64,000 nucleotides of DNA from Wickerhamiella versatilis (taxonomy: Eukaryota): positions 496,001 to 560,000 of the forward strand of contig JAQOWU010000001.1 in NCBI GenBank assembly GCA_030867685.1. The letters are read 5' to 3'. Numbering within the stretch: the stretch's first letter is position 1; every line of letters starts with the position of its first letter. The position numbers were made by a program, and so were the translations under genes. This document shows, one piece after another, positions 42,134-52,784 of this stretch. The notes below the pieces were generated by a model. The model saw only the letters and a list, made by a program, of their open reading frames with translations, made no database searches and was not told the origin of the DNA.

Positions 42134-43729
42134 ATGTATTTCAGCCTAGGAGCTGCAATATGGATGGGGGTGAAACCATTGGTTAAGATTTATGGTACCA
42201 TTGGTGCTGGCTATCTAGCTTCACACAAAGGGATTCTGACCATGGAGTCAGGCCGGGCTATAGCATGGCTAGTCCTGTACTTCTTTATGCCAGCATTGAT
42301 TTTCTATAATATTGTTTCGAATATTATGGATACAGATATTGAGATGCTGGGAGTTCTGTGTCTTTCAGGAGCAATATATTACGTTCTCGGCCTTCTCTTT
42401 GGTCTATGTGTTTATCTAGTGTCACCAATTCCCCGTGGCTGGTTTGGTGGTTTGCTGCTTTGTTGTATGATCAATAATGCCTCAGATATGCCCATAGCTT
42501 ATGTTCAAACTATAGGGGGCTCTGGAGTAATGCCTTCTGGCTCAAGTTCTCTGGGTGGAGCATATACCGTTCTTTTCAGCTTGATGTTTAATATAATCAC
42601 ATTCAATCTTGGTGGAACTAGGCTGGTTGAGTGGGATTTTAATCGCTTCGATCCCAGCCGGAATGAGCCAACAAAACCACTATTATCGTGGAAGGCGTGT
42701 AAAGATTTTTACCGTCGCCATTTAGGAAAAAACGATGCAACAACCAAAGAGGAAGCCCAAACTGAGCATCACAACTCTATAAGTAGGACTCGAACTATGT
42801 CATCGACGGATAGCAGAGATGGCAATTCTGATCTGGCACGCTCGTATTTCGGCCGTACCGTTTCACGGGCAAGCGACTCTGTTGCTTACTCTAGTAGCAA
42901 TGTTGATACGGATACAAATCAGCTTCAGAGGTACAATACCGCACAGTCTTTTATCTCGACCATGGCCGGGGCTGATTCCGCCAGGTTTAATCGTGACGAC
43001 TCAGACGGACAAGATACGGCTTCTATATCTGGAATAATTCCATTGCATGTTGTGAAAAGCTCTCAACCAAAGTCGAGACCGCAAAAGATTAAACAGTGGT
43101 GGTTAAAGAAATGGAAGAAGTTTGAGAAAAAGAATTATGCTACTATGTATATTTCTCATTTTATATGTGATCTGGCAGCACCTCAAATGCTCGCTTTAAT
43201 GTCTGGCATTGCTATTGCGATGATACCATGGGCCAAAAGGTGTTTTTCCAACCAACAACATATTGGTGGATTCAGAGACCCACCAGATGGACTACCTCCA
43301 CTAGATTTTATCATGGTTTTTCTAGATTTTTTTGCTGGGGCTCAAATTCCATTAGGTCTAATAATGGTTGGTGCCACAATTCAGCAACTCAAGATCGGCC
43401 GTCTTGTCCCCGGATTCAAGCGTACTGCAGTTCTCATAGCCGCATTCAAATTGGCAATTCTACCAATTATTGCTTGTGGTTGGATTGTGGCACTACGTGA
43501 ACTCGGCTGGATTGACAAGGATGATCCCTTGGCCGCCATAGTTTTAGCTGTGGATGCCGCAACACCCTCTGCTACCGTGCAAGTTTACGTTACTGCGTTA
43601 CACAGCGACCCTAATGGCGAAAAGCTTGAACTGAACTCTTTCGGTTATTGCCTAATTATTCAATATATTTTCATGCCCATATCTCTGACAATCGTCGTTG
43701 CTTTCGTGCTGAAACACTTCTCCGCTTAA
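42134..43729 (+). CDS. ECM3: Auxin-efflux-carrier-family (PIN-like) membrane transporter, Ecm3-like, copy 1
   Basis: LGAAIWMGVKPLVKIY, NASDMPIAYVQT, FNLGG and PPDGLPPLDF, in a 5+5 TM layout around a hydrophilic loop. Confidence 0.8.
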   Translation: MYFSLGAAIWMGVKPLVKIYGTIGAGYLASHKGILTMESGRAIAWLVLYFFMPALIFYNIVSNIMDTDIEMLGVLCLSGAIYYVLGLLFGLCVYLVSPIPRGWFGGLLLCCMINNASDMPIAYVQTIGGSGVMPSGSSSLGGAYTVLFSLMFNIITFNLGGTRLVEWDFNRFDPSRNEPTKPLLSWKACKDFYRRHLGKNDATTKEEAQTEHHNSISRTRTMSSTDSRDGNSDLARSYFGRTVSRASDSVAYSSSNVDTDTNQLQRYNTAQSFISTMAGADSARFNRDDSDGQDTASISGIIPLHVVKSSQPKSRPQKIKQWWLKKWKKFEKKNYATMYISHFICDLAAPQMLALMSGIAIAMIPWAKRCFSNQQHIGGFRDPPDGLPPLDFIMVFLDFFAGAQIPLGLIMVGATIQQLKIGRLVPGFKRTAVLIAAFKLAILPIIACGWIVALRELGWIDKDDPLAAIVLAVDAATPSATVQVYVTALHSDPNGEKLELNSFGYCLIIQYIFMPISLTIVVAFVLKHFSA

Positions 43730-43929
43730 CTTCTTAATTTTGCCAAATTTTAATTCCAATGACAATTGACCTAACACCTAACTTAATGTCTACGATTTCA
43801 ATTTTTTTATAACTAAAGTTCTGGAATGCCTCAATATTGGTATGATAGTGATAGTGTCTCACCCCAGATCAGTCTTACAAATAATAAGCAATCTGACAAA
43901 CAAGATCTGAGTGCCGAACTCTCAGGAGT

Positions 43930-45525
43930 ATGGACTTTAGTATAAGAGCTGCCATTTGGATTGGGGTGAAACCTCTATTCAAGGTATATGGCACAATAGC
44001 GGCGGGATATATTGCTTCGTCTAAAGGTGTTCTTACCGTAGAGGCGGGGCGTACAATCTCTTGGCTAGTCTTGTACTTTTTCATGCCAGCCCTTATCTTT
44101 TATAACATTGTTTCGAATATAAAGGATACAGATATCAAAATGTTAGGAGTATTGGATCTGTCTGCTTTCATCTATTATATCATTGGATTATGTTTTGGTG
44201 TTATCGTTTATTTGATCTCACCAATTCCACGAGGATGGTTCGGTGGACTGCTACTTTGTACACTTCTTAACAATTCCTCTGACATGCCCATCGCATATGT
44301 TCAGACACTCGGAGATTCTCAGCAGATGGCGAAAGGGTCGAGTGCCTTAGGAGGTGCATATGTCGTTCTTTTTTCCCTGGTGACCAACCTAATCACCTTT
44401 AACCTTGGAGGAACTAGACTAGTAGAGTGGGATTTTGCCCGACATGATCCCCACCGGGATGAACCAACAGTCCCCTTGATATCGTGGAAATCTTTTATGA
44501 ATTTGTGGCGGTCTATGACGAAAAAACCTGAAAAGAGTGAGGTTGAATCTTCTCATGAAGAGCCGCAATCTATATACGAGCAACGTCCGCGAAGAGGATC
44601 AAATTACGAATTGTCGAGTGCTTACTTTGGTCGGGTTCGCTCTCGCGCCAGTGAATCAGTTATTTTGTCCCGTGAACGGCCAGATATATCTGAAAGAGAC
44701 AATCCGCTTCGCAGATACAGAACTTCCGGCTCATTTTTATCGGTAATGAGTGGAGCTGATAGCGATGACAGGGAGTGGGCTGAGGATGCTGTTGTTGATG
44801 CTAATGACGAGTCGGCGGTAGAGGAACCCGAGCAGCCCGAAAAAAGTGCTAGCTCTCCACAGACTCAGTCGAAAGCTTCTAGGTTCAAAGCTCGTCTCAA
44901 AAAGAACTGGAGGAGATTCGAGCATAAAAACCTTGCCACTACTTATATCTGCCATTTTCTTGAAGACATATTAAGCCCCCAAATAATTGCTGTCATACTT
45001 GGTATTACAATTGCGATGATTCCATGGGCAAAAAGATGCTTCTCTAATCAACAAACTATACATGGCTTCAAAGACCCACCAGACGAGCTTCCACCTTTAG
45101 ATTTCCTAATGGTTTTTTTTGAATTCTTTGCCGGAGCTCAAATTCCTTTAGGTCTTATCATGGTTGGAGCATCTATTCAGCGCCTTAAGATTGGCCGCCT
45201 TGTGCCTGGATTCTGGCGGACTGCTTTGATTGTGACTGCTTTCAAATTGGCTATATTACCAATTATCGCATGTGGCTGGATCTCTCGATTAAGAAAAATT
45301 GGTTGGATTGATAGAGATGATCCGTTGGCTGCTGTGGTATTGGCAGTAGGAGGTGCAACACCATCGGCAACAGTTCAGATTTATATCACTGCATTGCACA
45401 GTGATCCTAATGGTGAACAGCTTGAACTCAACTGTTTTGGCACGTGCTTGATAATGCAGTATATATGTCTACCTATCACTCTGACATTTGTGGTCGCCTT
45501 TGTGTTGAAAAACTTTGCATCATGA
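43930..45525 (+). CDS. ECM3: Ecm3-like membrane transporter, copy 2
   Basis: Clear paralogue of the upstream gene with near-identical TM regions. Confidence 0.8.
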   Translation: MDFSIRAAIWIGVKPLFKVYGTIAAGYIASSKGVLTVEAGRTISWLVLYFFMPALIFYNIVSNIKDTDIKMLGVLDLSAFIYYIIGLCFGVIVYLISPIPRGWFGGLLLCTLLNNSSDMPIAYVQTLGDSQQMAKGSSALGGAYVVLFSLVTNLITFNLGGTRLVEWDFARHDPHRDEPTVPLISWKSFMNLWRSMTKKPEKSEVESSHEEPQSIYEQRPRRGSNYELSSAYFGRVRSRASESVILSRERPDISERDNPLRRYRTSGSFLSVMSGADSDDREWAEDAVVDANDESAVEEPEQPEKSASSPQTQSKASRFKARLKKNWRRFEHKNLATTYICHFLEDILSPQIIAVILGITIAMIPWAKRCFSNQQTIHGFKDPPDELPPLDFLMVFFEFFAGAQIPLGLIMVGASIQRLKIGRLVPGFWRTALIVTAFKLAILPIIACGWISRLRKIGWIDRDDPLAAVVLAVGGATPSATVQIYITALHSDPNGEQLELNCFGTCLIMQYICLPITLTFVVAFVLKNFAS

Positions 45526-45667
45526 AAAGCTGTTGATTCTTATCCAATGCAATTATTTAATATTGAATTTATTAATTTATATCTTTAATAACATTGTAGT
45601 CCACTAGCTTGCCAAAAAAGACATATATTCGAATAAAAAACTGGAAATATTTCCCTGACTCATCACG

Positions 45668-46003
45668 ATGTCTGAGATGGAGGTAGATAACACGGCGCCA
45701 CCGGCTGAGCCAGCCCAGAAGGAGGAAAAGCCTCGGTTTGAAGTGCGTAAGTGGAGTGCTGTCGCTTTCTGGTCTTGGGATATAGAGGTGGACAACTGTG
45801 CTATATGCCGTAACCACATCATGGATATTTGTATCGACTGTCAATCTCAGGAAGCCAACGCGCGAACAAAGGAGGAGTGTACTGTTTCGTGGGGCATGTG
45901 TAACCACGTCTTTCATTCTCACTGTATAACCCGGTGGTTAAAGTCTCGTCCAGTGTGTCCACTAGATAATCAGACGTGGGAGCTTCAGAAATATGGTCAT
46001 TAA
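45668..46003 (+). CDS. HRT1: SCF RING subunit Rbx1
   Basis: [31 protein letters not shown]...CPLDN. Confidence 0.96.
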   Translation: MSEMEVDNTAPPAEPAQKEEKPRFEVRKWSAVAFWSWDIEVDNCAICRNHIMDICIDCQSQEANARTKEECTVSWGMCNHVFHSHCITRWLKSRPVCPLDNQTWELQKYGH

Positions 46004-46027
46004 CTTAAGTGCGGCTGGTCCGTAGTA

Positions 46028-46861
46028 CTATTTTTTAGTATAGTGTTCATAGCGGGTATAAGTGCCAAGAATGCGTACATCTGCCAGTTCTTTGAGGCGT
46101 TTCAATGCCTGTTGAAATGCTGCTGATTGGAAAGAGCCCGTGACTTCTACAAGCCACACGTACGTCCAATCACGCTGAGCAGGTCGTGATGTTAAATAGC
46201 ATAAATTCAAATTCTCCGTCTTAAATACCGCCAGCGCTGACGCGAGGCTCCCTGGCTCATCATGCGGCACTTCTAGAGTCAGAAGAACATGTTCACCATC
46301 ACCCCAGGGCTCACTTGGTTCTACATGCTGTAGCAAAAGGAATCTAGTAGTGTTTCCTTTTTTGTCTGCAATATTCCCTTCGAACGGGAGAATACCATGC
46401 ACCAAGCCCGCAGCTCGACCTGCGATGGCTGCAGAGCCGTTCGGTTCTTTTACATAAAGCTCTACAGCACGTGCAGTAGATGATGTATCGATTCGTTCCA
46501 CATCTGGTATCCACCTCTTAAGCCATGTAGCCACCTGGCCCCACACCTGTGGATGCGTATAAATTTTTGTTACATTCTTCAATGGTTCCTTTGCATACAA
46601 AACGGGTTCAATGGATACCCTTATTTCTCTCACTGCTCTCACAGGGCCTTTAAAATGAATTAGTGAGTCAATAGCTAGAACAACTGACCCGTTTGTCGAG
46701 TTTTCAAGTGGAAGAACACCATACTCAGTATCGCCTTTGTGGACAGCCTCTACAACCCCCCAGAGTGTATTTTTAGGATAGTACATCCCATCGCTGAATG
46801 CTTTTATAGCTGCATCGTGGCTGTAAGTACCTGGAGGCCCCAAATATGCCACAGAAGGCAT
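46028..46861 (-). CDS. PHA2: Prephenate dehydratase
   Basis: AYLGPPGTYSH, LPLENSTNGSV, HPQVWGQ, NTTRFL and a C-terminal ACT domain. Confidence 0.92.
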   Translation of the reverse strand: MPSVAYLGPPGTYSHDAAIKAFSDGMYYPKNTLWGVVEAVHKGDTEYGVLPLENSTNGSVVLAIDSLIHFKGPVRAVREIRVSIEPVLYAKEPLKNVTKIYTHPQVWGQVATWLKRWIPDVERIDTSSTARAVELYVKEPNGSAAIAGRAAGLVHGILPFEGNIADKKGNTTRFLLLQHVEPSEPWGDGEHVLLTLEVPHDEPGSLASALAVFKTENLNLCYLTSRPAQRDWTYVWLVEVTGSFQSAAFQQALKRLKELADVRILGTYTRYEHYTKK

Positions 46862-46956
46862 GCAACGTTAGATTAGATCAGGCTTATGTGTTCTGGAGGG
46901 GGGTTGGTCAGTATACCAAGCTATCAGGCTATAACGCTATATATGTACAAATGCAC

Positions 46957-47805
46957 CTAATCAATAGTTTCGACGGCATTTATAAGCCTTTCGATTTGGA
47001 ACTCTGGAGATCCATGGTTAAAATAATACAGCAGCTTCAACTTTTCCGCCCCATTCAGGTTAGTCGGATCAGCCGTATAGAACCGCTGTAAATTGAGTAA
47101 AAGAAGCACAGCAGCATCCATAGGCACCGCTTTTGTCATTACCGTATTCACAAGGGCCACACCTTTGTCGGCAACCAAGTCACTGTGCACCAGCACAGTT
47201 GTGTGTGGATGGGCATACTCCGTGTGGAGCTTATACTCCGCAAGACCCGTGATAAGACAGTGAAGGGTATTTCCAGGCATAAAAGACCACTGTATATAGT
47301 GTAGCTCGGCGGTTCCTTCGTCCCGTGGAAGTGGAAGCACAAACTTCGGGAACTTACGGGCGTTCACGTAAAGTCGGCTAAATGCATCTGCATTCATGGC
47401 ACCACAAAATTCGTTGTTGCTATGGACGAATCGCGCCTTCCAAAGCATTTCAATTTCCTTCTTCGAGTGAGCCTGAAACTTTTCGACGTCGATATAGCTT
47501 GCCAAATCTTTGGTAGCTTTATCAGTATTTGTCTTGGGTATCTTGGGAATAAAATCGGATTTTTCTGCAGGTTTTGGCCTAAAATGTTTAACCAGATCCT
47601 CTCCCTCAGCGCGCTGTGCCTCTTTAGCCTTTTCACGGTATTTCTCGATTAATTCTTCCACTGAGACCCCTTCTTCCTTTGCCTTGCTTTCCAGCTTCGA
47701 TACATAATCACCCGCAACTTTGCTAGCCCAGCGAACACAAAGCAGAGTCTGACGGGGCCGAAGCAGTCGAGCGCGCAACGCGTGACGGCAACCGAGCGTC
47801 AACAT
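46957..47805 (-). CDS. ATP11: F1 ATPase assembly chaperone
   Basis: KEIEMLWKAR, FVLPLPR..ELHYIQW and LAEYKLHTEYAHPH. Confidence 0.92.
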   Translation of the reverse strand: MLTLGCRHALRARLLRPRQTLLCVRWASKVAGDYVSKLESKAKEEGVSVEELIEKYREKAKEAQRAEGEDLVKHFRPKPAEKSDFIPKIPKTNTDKATKDLASYIDVEKFQAHSKKEIEMLWKARFVHSNNEFCGAMNADAFSRLYVNARKFPKFVLPLPRDEGTAELHYIQWSFMPGNTLHCLITGLAEYKLHTEYAHPHTTVLVHSDLVADKGVALVNTVMTKAVPMDAAVLLLLNLQRFYTADPTNLNGAEKLKLLYYFNHGSPEFQIERLINAVETID

Positions 47806-47899
47806 CAGTCTCTAGTGCTCTTACCTCTGATTACGAAGGTGCCTCAGCAGACGGCTTTGTGTATGTGATGACCGCTGAATGGCAACCAGGAAAAAGGGG

Positions 47900-48160
47900 C
47901 TACAATTCATCTATCATTCCCTCTGCCTTACCTGTATATTCTGGCTCTTTTTCTTCGATTGGCTTACGTTCGACAGAATAGACACTGGCCTTAATTTGGG
48001 TCAGGATAAACGACAATCCTGCCTCAAGTCCTTGCATCTCATTGTAACCTGCTGCTGCCGCTCGCGTAAGGGCATCTATACGTGAATTGACCGTTCTCAA
48101 TACTTCATATAGCCTGGAGTACTTGGCTAGCATGGTTTGCTCATCCGCGCTTAATTCCAT
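47900..48160 (-). CDS. DAD3: DASH/Dam1 complex subunit Dad3
   Basis: 86 aa with LSADEQTMLAKYSRL...MQGLE..LSFILTQIKASVYS, matching the Dad3 pattern. Confidence 0.75.
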   Translation of the reverse strand: MELSADEQTMLAKYSRLYEVLRTVNSRIDALTRAAAAGYNEMQGLEAGLSFILTQIKASVYSVERKPIEEKEPEYTGKAEGMIDEL

Positions 48161-48829
48161 TTAACAAGTGGTGCTTGGGAAATCCCTTACCCCGAAGCAC
48201 AAGGACCCGTTCAGGTGCTTCTAACGATGAATTCCAAACGGGCTCCAACTATGAATCTGACCTTTTTTTTCTGCTACTGTCTATTCACAGATGGTTTTAT
48301 GTATAATTAATTGCATTTATTCTCCGCCAAGTAGCTCAAATGAGCAAACGAAGAGTTTGGGTTTTTCGCAAGCCAAAAAGTTCACTTTTTGAAGCTGTCT
48401 GAGAATTTATGCCTATATCCGTTGCATGTTCGCCACACAGTGCTGGTAGGGCCAAACTAAGCCCAATTCCTGATCGTTTAGATAATTAACTGAAACCCTT
48501 TCCCTGTTTTAATCTTATTGCCACACACACACGATCTACGCGGCATACTGGTATTTTTTTTCGGCAAAAAATAAGACTCACATATTTTTGTTTATACATT
48601 CTAGCGGGGAGCCTCTTTTGTCTCACTTAGCCTTCTGATGAAGTAATGTTTAAAAAGATAAAGAATAACGTTCCTTACCCTATTATTCAGGTTAAAGGAT
48701 TTTCTTGTATAATAAGTCGGTCGCTTCGCTTGGGGGTAGACGGATCTTCTTATTGACCTTGTTTTTTAGGCTGTGAAAGCGTAATTTTTGTAGCTACGAC
48801 CGTGGTCCTCAAAGTTGCCGGGAGTCTAA

Positions 48830-50464
48830 ATGAATGATTACATCACCCATAAGGTTGTGGAGATGCCAGAAGCCGACACCAGTGATGAGAAGCTTATACG
48901 CAAGCTGTTGACGGCAAAGTGGGGCTGGAGAGCATTCATATCTGCTATTGTTGCAATGGTAATCATTGTATTGGCTAATGCTGTCCTTGCCCCAATATTC
49001 AACGCGAAAATAAACGAGAAGCCGAGCCTGTTGCGGAGGCGGACGTTCAAGCTTGCCTGGTCAAAGTTTGGCTTGTTACTGTGGACGTTTTCTATTCTTG
49101 TGATGAGTGTGATAGAAACGCACCAAGACTTGACCTACTTGGTGAAAAGACTTGGTCGCGTCTCTGTTGCCCTTATGCCACCAATGTATCTTCTCACCTT
49201 GCGTCCCAGTCCTCTGCCTCGAACATTTTATCTACAGGTTATTCCAATGCATAAGTGGCTTTCTCGGATTGTAGTCTTTTTGTCCTTTTGGCATGGGGTT
49301 CTATATGCGTATATCTATTATGAGCAAGGTACTTTTTCCAAACTGAAAAAACCTGCTAACATTTATGGAATAATTGCTTTGTTTTGTTTCCTTATGATGG
49401 CTTATACCGGCTGGTACTGGTTCCGCCGTCGTCACTACGAGCCGTTTTATTCTTTCCATGTGATAAGCGCTTGGGCGTGCGTATTTCTTGTCTATGCACA
49501 TTCACGTCCCCCAGCCACTGGATATATGGCAATGTGCCTATTTTGCCTACTCTTTCAAGTTGTTTTCAGGATATGGTGCACAGGAAGAGTCCGGTTGCGC
49601 GTCCAATACGTTAGTCCGACTTTGCTTTTGGTAGACATTCCGAAATCGCAATTGCCTGGTCGACTATGGAAGTGGTCACCAGCTGCCCATGTGCGTATTT
49701 CTGGATTGCTCACCAACCCATTCACTTGGATTCACTCGTCACACCCTTATACAATAGCAAACTTGAGTGATGACCCCACACTTCGATTGGTGGTCAGGCC
49801 AGGTGATTATAAGCCGAAAATGCGGCGAGACTACTCTATATTTGGTCCTCAACGTTCCATACCTACTTATCTGGAGAAACAAATTCAGCGGCGCATGCTT
49901 CGTCGCGTGTTATTCGTAACTGGTGGATCGGGTATTGCTTTTGCTGCTCCCATAATGAGATATCTGCAACTCTATGGTATCGAAACCCATTTGATCTGGG
50001 CAATTCGTGATCCTTACGATGCACGTGTGCTTCCCTCGCTTAAGCTGCACGAGAATATGTTGGAAGGGCGCATTGAGGTATACTTCACTGGTGAACCACC
50101 AGAGTCGATACCTTCTAGTGAGACGGAGGATAGTAATCTTACTATTTCCACCTCGGACTTCTGCGATGATTGTATTGCGACTCCTACGTCAAGGCGGGTC
50201 CTTAGAGATGACATATTGCGGCATTACACGCCATATATGTACAATTCAAGACCACATCTAAATTTGAGGCACAAGACATGGCTTTACGGATATGATAATG
50301 AGGATGACGATTGCTGCTGTGCAGACCGATTAATCGATTCATGCGACGAGGACCAGCTAGGTGCGTGGGTTTTCTCGGCGGGTGGACCCCAACTCGTTAG
50401 AGAAGCTCGAAGATGGGCGGATCAATCCGGCATCTGCTTTTTCGAGGAACCATTTTCCCTATGA
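48830..50464 (+). CDS. AIM14: Ferric reductase/NADPH oxidase family protein, Aim14 (Yno1)-like
   Basis: KRLGRVSVAL..LTLRPSPLP..HKWLSR, heme histidines, the FAD motif HPYTI and GGSGIAF. Confidence 0.75.
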   Translation: MNDYITHKVVEMPEADTSDEKLIRKLLTAKWGWRAFISAIVAMVIIVLANAVLAPIFNAKINEKPSLLRRRTFKLAWSKFGLLLWTFSILVMSVIETHQDLTYLVKRLGRVSVALMPPMYLLTLRPSPLPRTFYLQVIPMHKWLSRIVVFLSFWHGVLYAYIYYEQGTFSKLKKPANIYGIIALFCFLMMAYTGWYWFRRRHYEPFYSFHVISAWACVFLVYAHSRPPATGYMAMCLFCLLFQVVFRIWCTGRVRLRVQYVSPTLLLVDIPKSQLPGRLWKWSPAAHVRISGLLTNPFTWIHSSHPYTIANLSDDPTLRLVVRPGDYKPKMRRDYSIFGPQRSIPTYLEKQIQRRMLRRVLFVTGGSGIAFAAPIMRYLQLYGIETHLIWAIRDPYDARVLPSLKLHENMLEGRIEVYFTGEPPESIPSSETEDSNLTISTSDFCDDCIATPTSRRVLRDDILRHYTPYMYNSRPHLNLRHKTWLYGYDNEDDDCCCADRLIDSCDEDQLGAWVFSAGGPQLVREARRWADQSGICFFEEPFSL

Positions 50465-50515
50465 TCGTAAAAATCATTTACTGGGTCCCACTATAACACC
50501 TAACCCATACGCTTT

Positions 50516-51799
50516 ATGCCATCACGCGCAAATTCGATTAGGCTTGAAGATGATCCATTGGCGACTGCGTTAGGTATGTCGCCACCACATTCGCCACGGC
50601 GCGCGACCTCTCCTTCAGGTTCACCCACCAGAACATCCTTACATCCTTCCCCGAGGCGTACGCCGCTCGGTACTCCAACTCGGCGATCCCTGCCTGTGCG
50701 TAATCTTCCATCACTACCACATTTAGAAATTTCGGATGTGAAATTGCAACAACCACCCCGTTGGACCCAAGACTATGTTCTTGATGCGGATGGTATTCGC
50801 GACGACTTCTATTCTACGATTGTGGCAGCCAGTACTGATATTGAGGAAACGATAGCTGTGGCTTTGGGCGGTCACGCACGCCTTTGGACTAATCAACGTG
50901 GCTCATCCCGTGTCTATTTACCACATGGAGGAAATATCACCTGTATAGCTTTTTCAACCAGCTCAACGAAGTTAGCCATTGGTTTCAGTGATGGCTCAGT
51001 ATACATCTATAATATTGGATTGCAGCTTGTAACAAGTAGGCTCCCACGATTAGGTGGAGCCCCAAAGCCTTATCCCTCTTGTTGTCGGTGGTTGTCTGAA
51101 GATAGTCTTCTCGTTGGCGACAGTGTTGGGCATCTTCGTATGGTGGTTTTGGACAAGACACAGATGAGGCATACACTTCAAGAAAGTTGGAGCGATGGAT
51201 CTGTTCATCCAGATCTCATTTGTGCTTTGTCAATCGATCCTGAGGGCAAAACAGTTGCATGTGGGGCAAATGATAACTCCGTATCACTATGGAGAGTAGA
51301 GTATAACAGATTGAAATTTTTCACACGTTTAGCTCATCCATCTGCCATCAAAGCAATGTGCTTTTGCCCTTGGATTCCAAACTTACTTGTTACCGGTGCC
51401 GGGAGACATGATCGCAAATTACGAATTTGGGATACTAATTCTGGAACACTGATCCAAGAAGTGAAAACACCAGCCCAAATCACAGCAGTATTCTGGGTGG
51501 GAAAATGGGAAGTTTTTGTAGGCTTGGGCCACTCCCGGTTGCGGAGGCGTGAAAAGGATGACCCCACGTTACCTTTCAGCGGGCTTGCGCAAATTTATCG
51601 GCTGCCTGAGGGAACAATTGTCTCAACTATTCCCGGTGAAGGACGTTGTATGTCGGCTGTGTGCCTTCCGTGTGGGTTTTGCATCGCCACGAACCGATCG
51701 AATTTGTGTTTCTACAAATGGCAAGAGGAGTCACGAACAGTACCCGCAGATCTGATAGCAACTGTGCGTGCGCTGGGAATATCTGAGAGCATTCGTTAG
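50516..51799 (+). CDS. APC/C activator of the Cdc20/Ama1 WD40 family (Ama1-like)
   Basis: VLDADGIRDDFYS, CGANDN, AIKAMCFCPW...GAGRHDR and a C-terminal IR tail. Confidence 0.75.
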   Translation: MPSRANSIRLEDDPLATALGMSPPHSPRRATSPSGSPTRTSLHPSPRRTPLGTPTRRSLPVRNLPSLPHLEISDVKLQQPPRWTQDYVLDADGIRDDFYSTIVAASTDIEETIAVALGGHARLWTNQRGSSRVYLPHGGNITCIAFSTSSTKLAIGFSDGSVYIYNIGLQLVTSRLPRLGGAPKPYPSCCRWLSEDSLLVGDSVGHLRMVVLDKTQMRHTLQESWSDGSVHPDLICALSIDPEGKTVACGANDNSVSLWRVEYNRLKFFTRLAHPSAIKAMCFCPWIPNLLVTGAGRHDRKLRIWDTNSGTLIQEVKTPAQITAVFWVGKWEVFVGLGHSRLRRREKDDPTLPFSGLAQIYRLPEGTIVSTIPGEGRCMSAVCLPCGFCIATNRSNLCFYKWQEESRTVPADLIATVRALGISESIR

Positions 51800-52073
51800 T
51801 CTTTTTATTTCATGATAGAGAAAAGTAAATTAAAATAGTAGGTTGTGGTAACACATTTAATTAAATCACAAGATGATTCCACTGGGAATCTACAGCCAAA
51901 TTAGGCATCATAACGATTCTAATGTGCATAAATAGTTCAACGAAAGTAAAAAGAAAGACAAAAGCTATGAAAGTTTAATCAACCAATTAGTATTACTTCT
52001 AAAATCCAAGTACTGGGTTTGCGCGCCTAAGGGTGATTTCGCCCACTGACATACATACTCACAGTAAGCAAAT

Positions 52074-52730
52074 ATGGAGACCGTGGTGCTTGGATCGACG
52101 GGATTATGTGGTGCGGCGTATCTTCACGCAGCATGCCAAAGCAGTTTATTCAAGAAAGTCTGGGCATTTAGCCGGCGTGCATTGCCTTCAGACCCCAAAC
52201 TGGAGAACATAGTTGGGGACTCGAAGGATTGGACTTCTCAATTCCCTAGGGCAGATGTTGTGTTTAGCGGGCTTGCCACTACGCGCGCAGCAGCTGGTGG
52301 ATTGGAAAATCAGTACAAGATTGACCATGACCTGAATGTGGAGCTTGCTGAAGCAGCAAAGAAGGCTGGATGCAAAACGTATATCATTGTGAGCAGTGCA
52401 GGTGCAAATCCTAATTCTTTCTTTGGATACTTCAAAATGAAAGGTGAAATAGAGAGGGACATTTCCAGGATTGGCTTTGACAAAACGGTTTTCCTTAAGC
52501 CTGGACCATTGTTGGGCAAAAGACAGGGAAATTTCAAAGGCTTTGGCAACAGTATTGCAGAAAATTTGGGTGCTATGATCTACAAAACACCACTACAACG
52601 ATTTATGAGATATCCCGTCTACGACAAGGATGTCGCTGCAGCTGCTTTATGGGCAATCAGTGACCTTCCTAATGGCGTGCACTATATATCCAGTGAGCAA
52701 ATACAAGAGATCAGCGATAAAAACAAGTAA
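52074..52730 (+). CDS. FMP52: NAD(P)-binding mitochondrial outer membrane protein
   Basis: LGSTGLCG, LATTRAAAGGLENQYKIDHDLN and KMKGEIE. Confidence 0.88.
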   Translation: METVVLGSTGLCGAAYLHAACQSSLFKKVWAFSRRALPSDPKLENIVGDSKDWTSQFPRADVVFSGLATTRAAAGGLENQYKIDHDLNVELAEAAKKAGCKTYIIVSSAGANPNSFFGYFKMKGEIERDISRIGFDKTVFLKPGPLLGKRQGNFKGFGNSIAENLGAMIYKTPLQRFMRYPVYDKDVAAAALWAISDLPNGVHYISSEQIQEISDKNK

Positions 52731-52784
52731 ATAAATATATAAATAAATAAATATATATATAAAGTAAAACATACATAAAAGCAT

